Shown here: one piece after another, positions 31,436 to 41,209 of the stretch | Layout: the number at the start of each line of letters is the position of its first letter | How positions within the stretch are numbered: position 1 is the first letter of the stretch | From: an uncultured Methylomirabilota bacterium | GTDB lineage: Bacteria > Methylomirabilota > Methylomirabilia > Methylomirabilales > 2-02-FULL-66-22 | Direction of reading: 5' to 3' | DNA length: 64,000 bases | NCBI GenBank assembly: GCA_963845565.1 | Contig: CAWJSJ010000005.1 | Location: 576,001 to 640,000, forward strand | Position numbers and translations under genes: made by a program | The notes under the pieces: generated by a model | The model's database searches: none | What the model saw: only the letters and a program-made list of their open reading frames with translations | What the model was told of the DNA's origin: nothing

Positions 31436-31554
31436 GGATCTGGGCGGAGGCTCGGACCGGGATCGCGCCGTGGCAGAGCGGAGTGGTGGAGGGCGGCCAG
31501 GCCCTGGGTACCCATCGGTCGCGGCCCCACACGCGATCGCGCGAGGGAGTAGCG

Positions 31555-32970
31555 TTGCTCTTCAATTCCTATCAATTCATCGTGGGGTTTCTCCCACTGG
31601 TGCTCCTCATATTCCTTGTGCTCAACAAGTGGCACGCGCACAGAGCCATCCTCGGCTTTCTGGTGCTGGCCTCCTTGTTCTTTTACGGCTGGTGGAACTG
31701 GGCGTATCTGTTTCTGATTCTCTTCTCCATTCTCTTCAATCATCTCTGGGGGCGCTTGCTCAGTCGGAGGATGCCCGGGCTTCGAGCGGGTGGGCCCCAC
31801 CGGCACCGGGGGACACTGGCCCTGGGGATAGCCGTCAATCTGGGATTGCTGGGCTATTTCAAGTACGCGAATTTTTTCGTCGATACCATGAATGCCACGC
31901 TGGGCGTGGGGTGGCGGGTGCCGCCCATCGTGCTGCCACTGGCCATCTCGTTCTTCACCTTTGAGCAGATCACCTATTTGGTGGATGCCTATCACGGGGA
32001 GCTTCCAAGGCACGATTTCCTCAGCTATTGCCTCTTTGTGACGTTCTTTCCACACCTCATTGCCGGACCGATCGTCCGTCCCAAGGACCTGCTCCCGCAG
32101 TTCACGCGGCCCCAAACCTTTGCGCCGTCCTCCGAGAACTTGGCGACCGGGCTGTTCATCTTCGCCATTGGCCTCTTCAAGAAAGTCGTCGCCGCCGACA
32201 CCTTCGGGGGGTGGGTCGGCCCCATCTTCGATGTCGTGCCGGCGGTGCCCTTCAGCGATGCCTGGGGCGCGGCCCTGGCCTTCACGCTGCAGATCTATTT
32301 CGATTTTTCGGGCTATTCCGATATGGCGGTCGGCCTGGCCCTGATGCTGAACATCCGCTTGCCGGAAAACTTCGAGTCGCCGTACAAGGCAACCAGCATC
32401 ATCGACTTCTGGAGACGCTGGCATATTACGCTCTCCACCTTTCTGCGCGACTTCGTCTTTTTTCCTTTCGGCGGCCTCCATCGGAGCGCGATTCGGCGGT
32501 ACGTCGTTCTCGGCCTCACGATGCTCCTCTGCGGTTTGTGGCACGGTGCCAACTGGACCTTCGTTGTGTTTGGCGGCCTGCACGGCGCGTACCTGATCAT
32601 CAATCACCTGTGGCGAACCCTGAAGATCGATCTGCCGAAGGTCCTCTGCTGGCTCATCACCTTCGTCGCCGTCGTGGCGTCCTTCGTTTTCTTCAGGGCC
32701 CAGACGTTTGCGCGTGCCGGGGTCATCCTCCGCGGGATGGCAGGAGTACACGGCTTTGCGTTTAACGCGACGGCGTACTCGCTGGGCAGGCAGAGATTCA
32801 AGCGACTCGTGCTCGGGCTGCTCGTGGTCACCTTGTGTCCCAATCGTCAGCAGATAACACAGTGGACGTGGCGAAGTGACCTCCTCTATGCGGCCGCCTT
32901 TGCCCTGCTGGCGGGATTGAGCATCCTGCGGCTCGGCAACCCCTCTCCCTTCTTGTACTTCCAGTTCTGA
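31555..32970 (+). CDS. MBOAT family membrane acyltransferase (AlgI/DltB-like)
   Basis: LFNSYQF, YFKYANFF, LPLAISFFTF, FFPHLIAGPI, YFDFSGYSDMA, FWRRWHITLS, GLWHG, FLYFQF. Confidence 0.95.
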   Translation: MLFNSYQFIVGFLPLVLLIFLVLNKWHAHRAILGFLVLASLFFYGWWNWAYLFLILFSILFNHLWGRLLSRRMPGLRAGGPHRHRGTLALGIAVNLGLLGYFKYANFFVDTMNATLGVGWRVPPIVLPLAISFFTFEQITYLVDAYHGELPRHDFLSYCLFVTFFPHLIAGPIVRPKDLLPQFTRPQTFAPSSENLATGLFIFAIGLFKKVVAADTFGGWVGPIFDVVPAVPFSDAWGAALAFTLQIYFDFSGYSDMAVGLALMLNIRLPENFESPYKATSIIDFWRRWHITLSTFLRDFVFFPFGGLHRSAIRRYVVLGLTMLLCGLWHGANWTFVVFGGLHGAYLIINHLWRTLKIDLPKVLCWLITFVAVVASFVFFRAQTFARAGVILRGMAGVHGFAFNATAYSLGRQRFKRLVLGLLVVTLCPNRQQITQWTWRSDLLYAAAFALLAGLSILRLGNPSPFLYFQF

Positions 32971-32979
32971 GCGACAGAC

Positions 32980-34119
32980 ATGACACGCCCCGGTCGTCGA
33001 CTCCGTTACATGCTCCTCTTCCTGTTACTCGGCGTGACCGCCGCCGCCGGGGTCAACCGGATCGCCAACCCCTTCGGTATCTGGCGCAGCTTTACCGTGG
33101 ACAAGAGTTACCTCAAGGAGATCAAAGCACCCCGCGTCTCCATGCCGTACCGGCTCCGAAGAGAACAGCCGTCGACCCTGATCGTCGGCAGCTCTCGTGC
33201 TCTCGACGGTATGCCCATAGAGTACGGGCATCGGGACGGCGTCTTGAACGCCAGCCTTCCTGGCGCGACGCTCGATGAGATCGCGTTCATCATCAAGGTG
33301 GCCATCGAACGCTCGAGGCCGACACGCCTGATCTGGGGAGTGGATTTCTACGCATTCGATGAGAACCAGGCGGGCTTCCGCGATTCGGAAACGCGCTCAC
33401 GGCTCGAAGGGGATACACGCCTTCTGATCGTGGAGTCCCTGTTGAGCATGGAGACGTTTGAACTCAGCCGCAAGCTTCTCGCGAGAGCCATCGCCGGACA
33501 GAAAGGGCTCTCACCGGAGAGAGAGCTGCCGGTACCCTGGTCGGAACAGGATATTCGGGCATCCATCGAGGATCCTGGAAAAATCGGTCTGGACCGCAGG
33601 GACAGGGTGGCGATCACGGCGAGTCTCAAGACGTGGACGGACCTGTACTCCAACTACCGGTTCTCTGACCGACTCTTCGCGCTGTACCGCAGTGCGGTGG
33701 CCCATGCCAGGCAGGCGGGGATCGAGGTGATCTTGTATGTCCCCCCCCTGAACCGATACGAACTGGAGATCATCCGGCAAACGGGCCGGTGGGAGACCTT
33801 TCAGCGGTGGAAGCGCCAACTGCTCACCGTGGGACCCTATTGGGATTTCTCCGGGTATAACGAACTCTCCCGATCGGACCCCTTGTTCTCGGATCCTGTC
33901 CACTTCAAACCCGTTGTCGGCCACGCGATCCTTCGTCAGATCCTCGGCAAAGGTTGTGCTGAGTGCGGGGACAGGGCCCAGGTGGTCGCCGATGCGGGCG
34001 TGTGGGTCAGCGCCGAAACCGTGGATCGGCATCTCGCCGCGCAAACCCTGGACGGCTTTTCCCCGGCGCAGCCGGATCTCCGGTATTCCACGTTGGTGGA
34101 AGGGGTCTTGCGCCAGTAA
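32980..34119 (+). CDS. Membrane-anchored SGNH-like (DltD/AlgJ-like) periplasmic protein
   Basis: N-terminal TM plus NPFG, IVGSSR, NASLPGA, YVPP, SDPVHF (DxxH). Confidence 0.7.
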   Translation: MTRPGRRLRYMLLFLLLGVTAAAGVNRIANPFGIWRSFTVDKSYLKEIKAPRVSMPYRLRREQPSTLIVGSSRALDGMPIEYGHRDGVLNASLPGATLDEIAFIIKVAIERSRPTRLIWGVDFYAFDENQAGFRDSETRSRLEGDTRLLIVESLLSMETFELSRKLLARAIAGQKGLSPERELPVPWSEQDIRASIEDPGKIGLDRRDRVAITASLKTWTDLYSNYRFSDRLFALYRSAVAHARQAGIEVILYVPPLNRYELEIIRQTGRWETFQRWKRQLLTVGPYWDFSGYNELSRSDPLFSDPVHFKPVVGHAILRQILGKGCAECGDRAQVVADAGVWVSAETVDRHLAAQTLDGFSPAQPDLRYSTLVEGVLRQ

Positions 34120-34297
34120 GATTGCCGCCACTTTTCGTCGCCGAGGAGGGCTTTCTTCACCTCCAGGTTTTGGTCACGATGCCGCACCGGCGCATGCGGG
34201 CGGCTCGTCGTGAACTAGCGCTGGCATTCACGGATGGGTTCGACTACCATTCAAAGAGAACCAATCGGACGGGGCCGGTCAGGCAAGGAGGTGCCGG

Positions 34298-35221
34298 ATG
34301 GGACTCTTTGGGTGGTTGGCCAGCCATTGGACGCCGGCGTATGAATACCGCGAGTACTATGGGAACGAAGTGGAGTACATCGCCTGGGAATCCGCCACGA
34401 CGGGGAGCCGATGGGGATTCCTGCTGGGTGTTCCCGTTGGCGGACTGGTGGCGGTGGCGGTCATCGGTGGCGCGGTGATGACCGGCCTGTACACCCCGCC
34501 CCTCCCCACGGCGGCATCGAGAGAGGCACAGCGCGACGCTGCGGCGTCGCAAGCCGCCAGCGAGGCGTTGAACACCCTCTGGCAAGAGAACCAGGAACTG
34601 AAGAAACAACTGGGGAGCGCCACGGTGGCCGCGACCTGCCCGCCGTGCCGTCCCCAGGCCGTCACCAAAGAACCGCCTCAACCGCAGGCGGTCGCGTCGA
34701 CATCCCAGCCCTCGAAACACGGGATGACGAAAGCCGCCGCCGCGCCGAAAACGGGCGGCGCGGCTGCGGGCAGCGAGGCCGCCCAGCCGTCAACTTCCCA
34801 GCGGGTGGGGACGCCGTCCCGCGTGGTCCCGGCGCCGACCGCAACCGCATCGGCGCCTGCCACGACGATGGAGATCGCCCCACGCGCAGCGACGTTCGGC
34901 ATGGCGATGGTCGACGTGCGTACGTCCCAGGGCCAGTTCGTTCCGGGGGTGCCGATCGCCTTCCGGTTCTTGGATGGAAGCAGTCAACCGGTTGGTGGCG
35001 CGACGGTGGCCACGAACCCCTCCGGACGGGCCACGGCAACGATTCCTGCGGGAACGTCCTGCGCGGAATTTCACCTCCCGTCGGAGTATGTCAGGGCCGG
35101 ACGCGTCAAGCCGGAGATTTCCGCGGCCACGGGCCTTCCGCTGGCGCCGGGTGTGTTCAAGACGTGCGGCGAGATTCTCACGCACCCAAACGGCATTCTC
35201 GGGGTGTTTACGATCGACTGA
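34298..35221 (+). CDS. Hypothetical membrane-anchored protein with an Ala/Pro/Thr linker and C-terminal beta domain
   Basis: AAGGAGGT RBS, one TM, short coiled coil, low-complexity linker. Confidence 0.6.
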   Translation: MGLFGWLASHWTPAYEYREYYGNEVEYIAWESATTGSRWGFLLGVPVGGLVAVAVIGGAVMTGLYTPPLPTAASREAQRDAAASQAASEALNTLWQENQELKKQLGSATVAATCPPCRPQAVTKEPPQPQAVASTSQPSKHGMTKAAAAPKTGGAAAGSEAAQPSTSQRVGTPSRVVPAPTATASAPATTMEIAPRAATFGMAMVDVRTSQGQFVPGVPIAFRFLDGSSQPVGGATVATNPSGRATATIPAGTSCAEFHLPSEYVRAGRVKPEISAATGLPLAPGVFKTCGEILTHPNGILGVFTID

Positions 35222-35400
35222 CGGTTGCGGCGCCCCGTTTGGGGAATGGCTTCACAGGCCACGAGTCGTGGAGGCGCAGCCGAAACCGGACAAGAGGATT
35301 CGCGAATGATGGGGGAACCGACCCGTATCCCGGCCGATGATTCCTGGCTCACCCGACGTCGCAGGCGCCCGGAAGGGTGGCTCTGCGATCGGCTGGACCC

Positions 35401-35781
35401 ATGAGCGTCGAAGCGGCGGCCCTGGCCGAGGCAGGGGACAGGCGTGTGATGCCGCGGACGACGCTGGCCGAGCGGCCCGTCGCGTGGGTGCGCGGAATGC
35501 GCGAGGTCCGCCTCCTCGACCTCAGCCGCACGGGCGCGCAAATCGAGCACCTCGATCTCCTGCGGCTTCGCACGCCCTGCCACCTCGAACTCCCGCCGCT
35601 CTTCGGGGCGTTGATCCTCCCGGCCCACGTGGTCTGGTGTGCCGTGATCGGTCGAAAACGCACGCTCGGGGGCGAGTCGTTCCTGCGGTCCCGGAGCGGC
35701 CTCCAGTTCACGGCCCTCACCGTCGCCCAGCACGCGGCCCTGGCCGACCTCCTCCATTTGCAGTCGGCCCCCATTGGGTAA
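35401..35781 (+). CDS. PilZ domain protein
   Basis: DRRVMPR (RxxxR) and DLSRTG (DxSxxG), VVW, GLQF. Confidence 0.8.
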   Translation: MSVEAAALAEAGDRRVMPRTTLAERPVAWVRGMREVRLLDLSRTGAQIEHLDLLRLRTPCHLELPPLFGALILPAHVVWCAVIGRKRTLGGESFLRSRSGLQFTALTVAQHAALADLLHLQSAPIG

Positions 35782-35927
35782 CGTGTTGTTCCGCGAGCGG
35801 CTTTCCATCGGTGACGAGGAAGGGGACGGGGCCCCCGCCGGCTTCTCAACGCTTGCCGAAAGGGCCTTCGGCCGATAGAATAAAGCGGATTGACCGGATC
35901 ACACCGTGCGTGCGTGAGGTAGACGCA

Positions 35928-36761
35928 ATGGGGCCAAACGTGCCGGAAACGACCGCAAAGCGGTCCATCGTCTTCGTGGACAATGACCGCTTCTTCCTGG
36001 AAGCCCTGACCGACTTTCTGGGCGAGAAGGGGTTCTCCGTGCACACGGCGCAGGACGGCCTCGAAGCGCTGTCCGTTATCCGGGAGGTCATGCCGGATTA
36101 TATCCTTCTGGATATCGTGATCCCCAAGATCGACGGCGGTCGGGTGTGTGCGGCGATTCGCCAGGATGACCGGCTTCGGCATATCCCGATCATTGCTTTC
36201 TCGGGGCTCAGCCCCCAGGACTACCACCTCTTTCCCGGCTTGCAAGCGGATGCCTATGTTGCCAAGGGGCCCCTCACGACCGCCCTGGAAAACATCCTCC
36301 AGGTCATCAGACGGTTCGAAGAGGAGGGGCGGGAGAACGCGGAAGGGCAAGTCCTCGGGTACGAGAACTTCAGGCCCCGGCAACTCGTCAATGAATTGCT
36401 CCTGGAGCGGCGCCACCTGGCCGCCATCCTGAGGGCGTTCGGTCTCGGGGTGCTGGAGTTGAACCGCGATGGCCGAATCGTCATGGTAAACGCCAGGGCG
36501 TGTGAGGTGCTCGAGGAAAAGGAGGGGTTGCTGGTCGGGGAGCTCTTCTCGTCACTGTTTCCACATTCTTACCAGTCGGGCGTTCAGGAAATCCTGACCG
36601 ACCTCGTGCGCTCCCCGGAGCCAGCCCACTTCCAGACAAAGCTGCACCTCGGCGGCGTCGAGATCCCGATCCGGATGGCCGCGATTGTGGAAGAGAAGGA
36701 ATGCACCGGCCTTCTCGTGACGCTGGAAGAAAAAGAGTCCCGACCCGAGGGCAGGTCGTGA
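35928..36761 (+). CDS. Response regulator REC-PAS with no output domain
   Basis: IVFVDND, ILLDIVIP, YVAKG; GVLELNRDGRIVMVNARA PAS start. Confidence 0.8.
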   Translation: MGPNVPETTAKRSIVFVDNDRFFLEALTDFLGEKGFSVHTAQDGLEALSVIREVMPDYILLDIVIPKIDGGRVCAAIRQDDRLRHIPIIAFSGLSPQDYHLFPGLQADAYVAKGPLTTALENILQVIRRFEEEGRENAEGQVLGYENFRPRQLVNELLLERRHLAAILRAFGLGVLELNRDGRIVMVNARACEVLEEKEGLLVGELFSSLFPHSYQSGVQEILTDLVRSPEPAHFQTKLHLGGVEIPIRMAAIVEEKECTGLLVTLEEKESRPEGRS

Positions 36762-36943
36762 GGGGATCGCGCCCGGGCGAGCGCGCCCGGGCATCCGCGT
36801 CGGCGACCCGGGTCGCGGCCTTCAGCTAGGACGTATCAGGGGAAGCGATGTGAGGCCGGTCCACCGCGTTCGGTGGCCGGCCTTCTGTGCTGTAATGGAC
36901 CGGGGTATCACCCCAGGAGCGGCACCAAGAGATGGGTTCAGGA

Positions 36944-37627
36944 ATGGCAGGGCGAGTTGCGTTCCTCTTTGACATGGATGGGACGATTGCGGACACCATG
37001 CCGTTTCACCTTCAGGCGTGGATGGAACTTCTGCCCGAGCTCGGCGTCCGGATGGCGCCCGAGGAGTTCCTCCGGAAAACCAGCGGCAAGATGAACCATC
37101 AGATCCTCCGCGAGGTGCTCGGGATCCCGGTCTCCGATGAAGATCTCGAGGTGTTCGACGCGCGGAAGGAGTCGCTGTTCCGCACGCTCTGCCGTCCGTC
37201 TCTGAGGCCGATCGGCGGCCTGATGGGGTTTCTCACCGACGCACGACGGCAGGGCATCCGGATGGCTGTGGCCACCGCCGCGGGGAAGGCCAATCGGGAG
37301 TTCACCCTGAACGGTCTCGGCATCACGGCGTACTTCGACGCCGTGGTCGGGGCCGAGGACGTGCGCAGCGGAAAGCCGAACCCCGAGATCTTCCTGCGGG
37401 CTGCGGAGCGCGTGGGGGCGACGCCGTCCGCCTGCGTGGTCTTTGAAGACGCGCTGTCCGGCGTCGAGGCCGCAGCGCGGGCCGGCATGAAGGCTGTCGC
37501 CCTGACCACGAGCCTGCCCGCAGGGGAATTCGCGGGGCATCCGGCCGTGATTCGGATTGCCGATGACTACACGTCGCTCCGCCCGCAGGCACTCTTGCGG
37601 GCGGCGCGGGACCCGAAACCGGCATGA
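36944..37627 (+). CDS. HAD-superfamily phosphatase (beta-PGM/CbbY-like)
   Basis: FDMDGT, VAT, GKPNPEIF, VFEDALSGV. Confidence 0.9.
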   Translation: MAGRVAFLFDMDGTIADTMPFHLQAWMELLPELGVRMAPEEFLRKTSGKMNHQILREVLGIPVSDEDLEVFDARKESLFRTLCRPSLRPIGGLMGFLTDARRQGIRMAVATAAGKANREFTLNGLGITAYFDAVVGAEDVRSGKPNPEIFLRAAERVGATPSACVVFEDALSGVEAAARAGMKAVALTTSLPAGEFAGHPAVIRIADDYTSLRPQALLRAARDPKPA

Positions 37628-37716
37628 CCGGATCCGTTGTTCCGGGCCATGTCGGAAATCTCCGATTGGGCGGACGACCTCCGTGGATCGCTCCGGCCGG
37701 ATTGGCGTGACGAGCC

Positions 37717-38400
37717 GTGCCTCCCCGAGCTGAATTCTGTGCCGGCATTCGAGTCGCCCTGCCGCTCCTGATCGGCGTGGCTCCCTTCGGGATGATTTAC
37801 GGCGTGCTGGCTCTCGGCGCGGGCCTGTCGGCGGGGGTCGCCCAGGCCATGTCGGTGATCGTCTTTGCCGGCTCGGCGCAGTTTGTGATGACGCAACTGA
37901 TCGGCCTGGGTACGCCCTGGGGCGTGATCGTCCTGACGGCGTTCGTGGTCAACGTGCGGCACGTCCTGTACAGCGTCTCCATCGCGCCGCATCTTCGGCC
38001 GCTGCCCGCTTCCTGGAAAGCCCTCTTGTCCTACCTGCTGACCGATGAAGCGTATGCCGTCGTCATCACGCGGTACCACCATCACACCGCCGGAAAACAC
38101 CAGCACTGGTTCTTTCTGGGCGCCGGGTTGACGCTGTGGTGCGGATGGCAGGTCAGCACGGCGGCCGGCGTGATGCTGGGCGGGCAACTCCCCGCGTGGT
38201 GGTCCCTGGATTTCACCATGCCCCTGATCTTCATCGCACTGGTGACACCCCTGGTGAGTGACCGCGCAGGGCTGACAGCGGCGCTGACGGCAGGCGGTGT
38301 GGCGATGCTGGCAGCCGCGCTGCCGCTGAAACTGGGGTTGGTTGCGGCGGCAATCGCGGGGGTCCTTGGCGGCCTGGCGGTGGAATGGCGTCGGCAATGA
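37717..38400 (+). CDS. azlC: AzlC family amino acid exporter, large subunit
   Basis: PFGMIYG, FAGSAQF, NVRHVLYS, LTDEAYA, LDF. Confidence 0.9.
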   Translation: MPPRAEFCAGIRVALPLLIGVAPFGMIYGVLALGAGLSAGVAQAMSVIVFAGSAQFVMTQLIGLGTPWGVIVLTAFVVNVRHVLYSVSIAPHLRPLPASWKALLSYLLTDEAYAVVITRYHHHTAGKHQHWFFLGAGLTLWCGWQVSTAAGVMLGGQLPAWWSLDFTMPLIFIALVTPLVSDRAGLTAALTAGGVAMLAAALPLKLGLVAAAIAGVLGGLAVEWRRQ

Positions 38401-38718
38401 ACCTCTGGGTGATGTTCCTCCTGGTCGGGCTCCTGACGTACGCGTTACGCCTCTCGTTCGTTTTCTTGCAGGGCCGCGTGGAGATGCCGTCGTGGTTCCC
38501 GCGCGCCTTGCGTTTCGTACCCATCGCGGTCCTGTCCGCCCTGATCGCGCCCGAGTTGTTTCACCCCGGCGGAGTGCTGGACGTCTCGTTGGGCAATGCC
38601 AGGCTGCTGGCTGGGCTGCTGGCGATCGGCGTGGCCTGGCGCACGCGGCGAGTGGGGGTCACCATCGGCGTCGGGGATGGCGGCCTTGCTGGCCCTCCAG
38701 ATCGTCTGGGGGCGCTGA
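38397..38718 (+). CDS. azlD: AzlD family small subunit, with an apparent extra G near 38675
   Basis: TYALRLSF, ALRFVPIAVLSALI, VAWRTR; removing one G from gtcggggatg restores VGMAALLALQIVWGR*. Confidence 0.8.
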
Positions 38719-38761
38719 GGACGCGCCCGGATACGGCGCGATGGCGTGCGCGCGATTACCC

Positions 38762-38790
38762 TTGACAAGGGGTGTGAAACCCCGTAGTGT
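38762..38790 (+). promoter_or_regulatory. sigma70 promoter of the S21 paralog-RRM unit
   Basis: TTGACA-N17-TAGTGT. Confidence 0.65.
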
Positions 38791-38830
38791 CTCTCCCGAC
38801 AGTGTGGTTCACACGGTTTGACCAGTTACG

Positions 38831-38865
38831 ACGCCGAGAGGAACCAACCTCGCGGCGTTTTTTTT
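38831..38865 (+). terminator. Intrinsic terminator-like hairpin in the leader upstream of the S21 paralog
   Basis: acgccgagagg-aaccaa-cctcgcggcgt followed by a T-run. Confidence 0.7.
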
Positions 38866-38896
38866 CGGTCGCGATGAGCGTTATCACGGGGGGTGC

Positions 38897-39178
38897 ATGG
38901 CCTTTGAAGACGGACAGCATGGGGACGCCGGGGGCTTCGATGGAAGATCGGTCGTTCGCCATCGTCCGCTGGAAGTGACCGTGGGGGAGCGCGGCGTGGA
39001 GGGGGCGCTTCGGCTCTTCAAGCGATTGGTCCTCCGCGACGGAATTCTCCGGGATGTGAAGCGGCATGCACATTACGAAAAGCCCGGCGACCGCCGGCGT
39101 CGTAAGATCCGGGAATCGGCCCGACGGCTCCGGAAACAACGGGTGCGCGCTCTGCAACGGGGGGAACAGGTTGATTAG
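38897..39178 (+). CDS. rpsU: Second, divergent ribosomal protein S21 paralog
   Basis: VEGALRLFKRLVLRDGILRDVKRHAHYEKPGDRRRRK. Confidence 0.85.
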   Translation: MAFEDGQHGDAGGFDGRSVVRHRPLEVTVGERGVEGALRLFKRLVLRDGILRDVKRHAHYEKPGDRRRRKIRESARRLRKQRVRALQRGEQVD

Positions 39179-39304
39179 GCGCTGAGGCACGGATGTCTCA
39201 GCCCGATCGTGGTACGAGCGGATCCACGACGGAAGGCGACGCAGTGCTCGCCGCTCGACGGACGAGAGTGCCTCGCACCTGCGAGGCGAAAGGGGTTTCA
39301 GGTC

Positions 39305-39634
39305 ATGGGAACGAGATTGTATGTAGGGAATCTGCCGTTTGACGTGGACGAAACGCAGCTCCGCACGCTCTTTCAGGAGGGCGGACGGGAAGTGACCGAG
39401 GTGAAGATGATCACGGATCGCGAGACGGGGCGCCCGCGCGGCTTCGCCTTCGTCGAGATGGCGAGCCAGGAGCATGCCCAGGCCGCGATCAACGCGATGA
39501 ACGGCAAGGAAGTAGGCGGACGAGCGTTAACCGTGAACGAGGCACGCGAGCAGGCCCCGCGCGGCGGCGGCGGCGGCGGTTACCGCAGCGGCGGTGGCGG
39601 CGGCGGATACGGCGGCGGGCGACGCGGGTACTAG
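39305..39634 (+). CDS. RRM RNA-binding protein with a Gly-rich tail
   Basis: LYVGNL (RNP2), RGFAFVEM (RNP1), VNEARE, GGGGY/RRGY tail. Confidence 0.95.
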   Translation: MGTRLYVGNLPFDVDETQLRTLFQEGGREVTEVKMITDRETGRPRGFAFVEMASQEHAQAAINAMNGKEVGGRALTVNEAREQAPRGGGGGGYRSGGGGGGYGGGRRGY

Positions 39635-39909
39635 CATCCTGCCATAGGAAACGGTCGACCGTTTTTCCCGCGGCCGATCGGCCGGTTGGCTGTTTTAACC
39701 TCGGGCAGAGTCATGGATACGGGGCGGATCTTGGACGCGCGGTTATCACGCTGCGCGTCGGGGATCCGCCCTCTGTCTTTTTTGGCGCCGAACCTGCCGC
39801 AGGAACGCCGCGGCGCCGATCCCCTGGGAGCGGGCCGCCGCGCCCGGAAACACGACGAGCGTCGAGGTGATCCCCCGACGCTCGTGTGATAGCGGGCGAT
39901 ATCGAGCGG

Positions 39910-40647
39910 CTATCGCTGGCGATTCCGCCTCCAAGCGACGCCACCCAGTCCGATCAGGCCGGAGCCGAGGAGGAGCAGCGTGGCGGGTTCTGGGACGGGC
40001 GCAACCGGTTCCGTATTCACGAACATGCGAATTCCCCCCAGGCCACCACCGTCGATATATTCGAACCCTTTGTGGGAGAACGGGTGCACCCTGACCCCCT
40101 TTGGAGACAGGCGAGTAGTCGTTCGGCCGAAAAAGTATAACGGATCTCCAATGTCCGTGCTCACGGAAGGCATCTGCGCCTCAAACGCTTGTCCTGGGCC
40201 GCCCGGGCCGAAAACCAATGCATACCATCCAGGCCGAAGGGTTACCTCAAGATTCCCTGCGAAATCCCCAGAGGGCGCAGAGACGTGAATCATGGTTTTT
40301 CCAAGGACGTCCTTGGTCGTTAAATCGAATGAATTTGGAAAATCGAGTGACCCGGACAGTCTGACGATTGCGCCGACGATATCCGATTCGAGGCCGGGCT
40401 GGAACTCCGAAAAATACCCTCCGATGCTTCCCGTGGTTATCTGCGTGTCAACGTGAAACTTTACGCCGAGGGTCTGGTTGTACACAACCGAGTATCCGCC
40501 CGTCTGTCCTGTCGGGCCAAGCGTGGCGCTCTGATAGATCGGGAACGCCATTCCAGGCAACGGCAGCAAGACGGCCAGCAAGATGATGAGGGGCAGTACG
40601 AGCCAAGAAACCCGCGATCGTCCTGTGTGCTGGGTGAGGTGTGGCAT
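39910..40647 (-). CDS. PEP-CTERM surface protein
   Basis: Signal peptide; C-terminal VPEPATLLLLGSGLIGLGGVAWRRNRQR. Confidence 0.93.
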   Translation of the reverse strand: MPHLTQHTGRSRVSWLVLPLIILLAVLLPLPGMAFPIYQSATLGPTGQTGGYSVVYNQTLGVKFHVDTQITTGSIGGYFSEFQPGLESDIVGAIVRLSGSLDFPNSFDLTTKDVLGKTMIHVSAPSGDFAGNLEVTLRPGWYALVFGPGGPGQAFEAQMPSVSTDIGDPLYFFGRTTTRLSPKGVRVHPFSHKGFEYIDGGGLGGIRMFVNTEPVAPVPEPATLLLLGSGLIGLGGVAWRRNRQR

Positions 40648-40889
40648 GTGCGGAAGTCTCCCTCGATGCCAAGAACCACTAAGACGGCCCCGTTCCCCGC
40701 GCGTTCGCACGAACCCTCATCGTTGCATGAATCCGAGCGCCCTGCCCGATTCGACCCCAGGTACCGACAGTTGTGCATGAAAAGACTGGGGACACCATAC
40801 TACGAGGCCAACGGGAACGTCAAGCCCATCCGGAGAAGCCCTTTCAGATGCACGGATCCGCGGAGAAAGAAGCCGCCCTGGCTACCAGA

Positions 40890-41040
40890 AGCAGGAAACG
40901 TGCCCAGCGAGCCGCAACATGGTTGCCCGTTCGCCTGATGGGCGCCCCCCAATGTTTTCGGGTAATTGCGCTGGAAGGGACGCCGAGGAGCCGCGAGGGC
41001 CGTTCCTTCCGCCCGTCCGAAGATGTCAATTCCCCGGACA
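40890..41040 (-). promoter_or_regulatory. Putative sigma54 promoter and TGT-N11-ACA enhancer for the PEP-CTERM gene
   Basis: Minus strand GGGCACGTTTCCTGCT (40905-40890); TGTCAATTCCCCGGACA at 41024-41040. Confidence 0.6.
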
Positions 41041-41209
41041 GTGCGTGCAAACCTGTCGTCGGAGCACCGGTTTTTGCGTCATGCCGGCTTGCCGGCCGCC
41101 CTCGTCGGCTCGTCTGGTAGCAAGGCGTACGGGTGTGATATGGTATCGCTCGAAACCACAGATGGCACGGTGTCAAGTCAACCGCCGGGCGAACGAAGGG
41201 AGAAGAATC

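Noticed and set aside
35221..35400. c-di-GMP riboswitch upstream of the PilZ gene
   Set aside because: I could not find the conserved GEMM motifs; an Infernal search would be needed.
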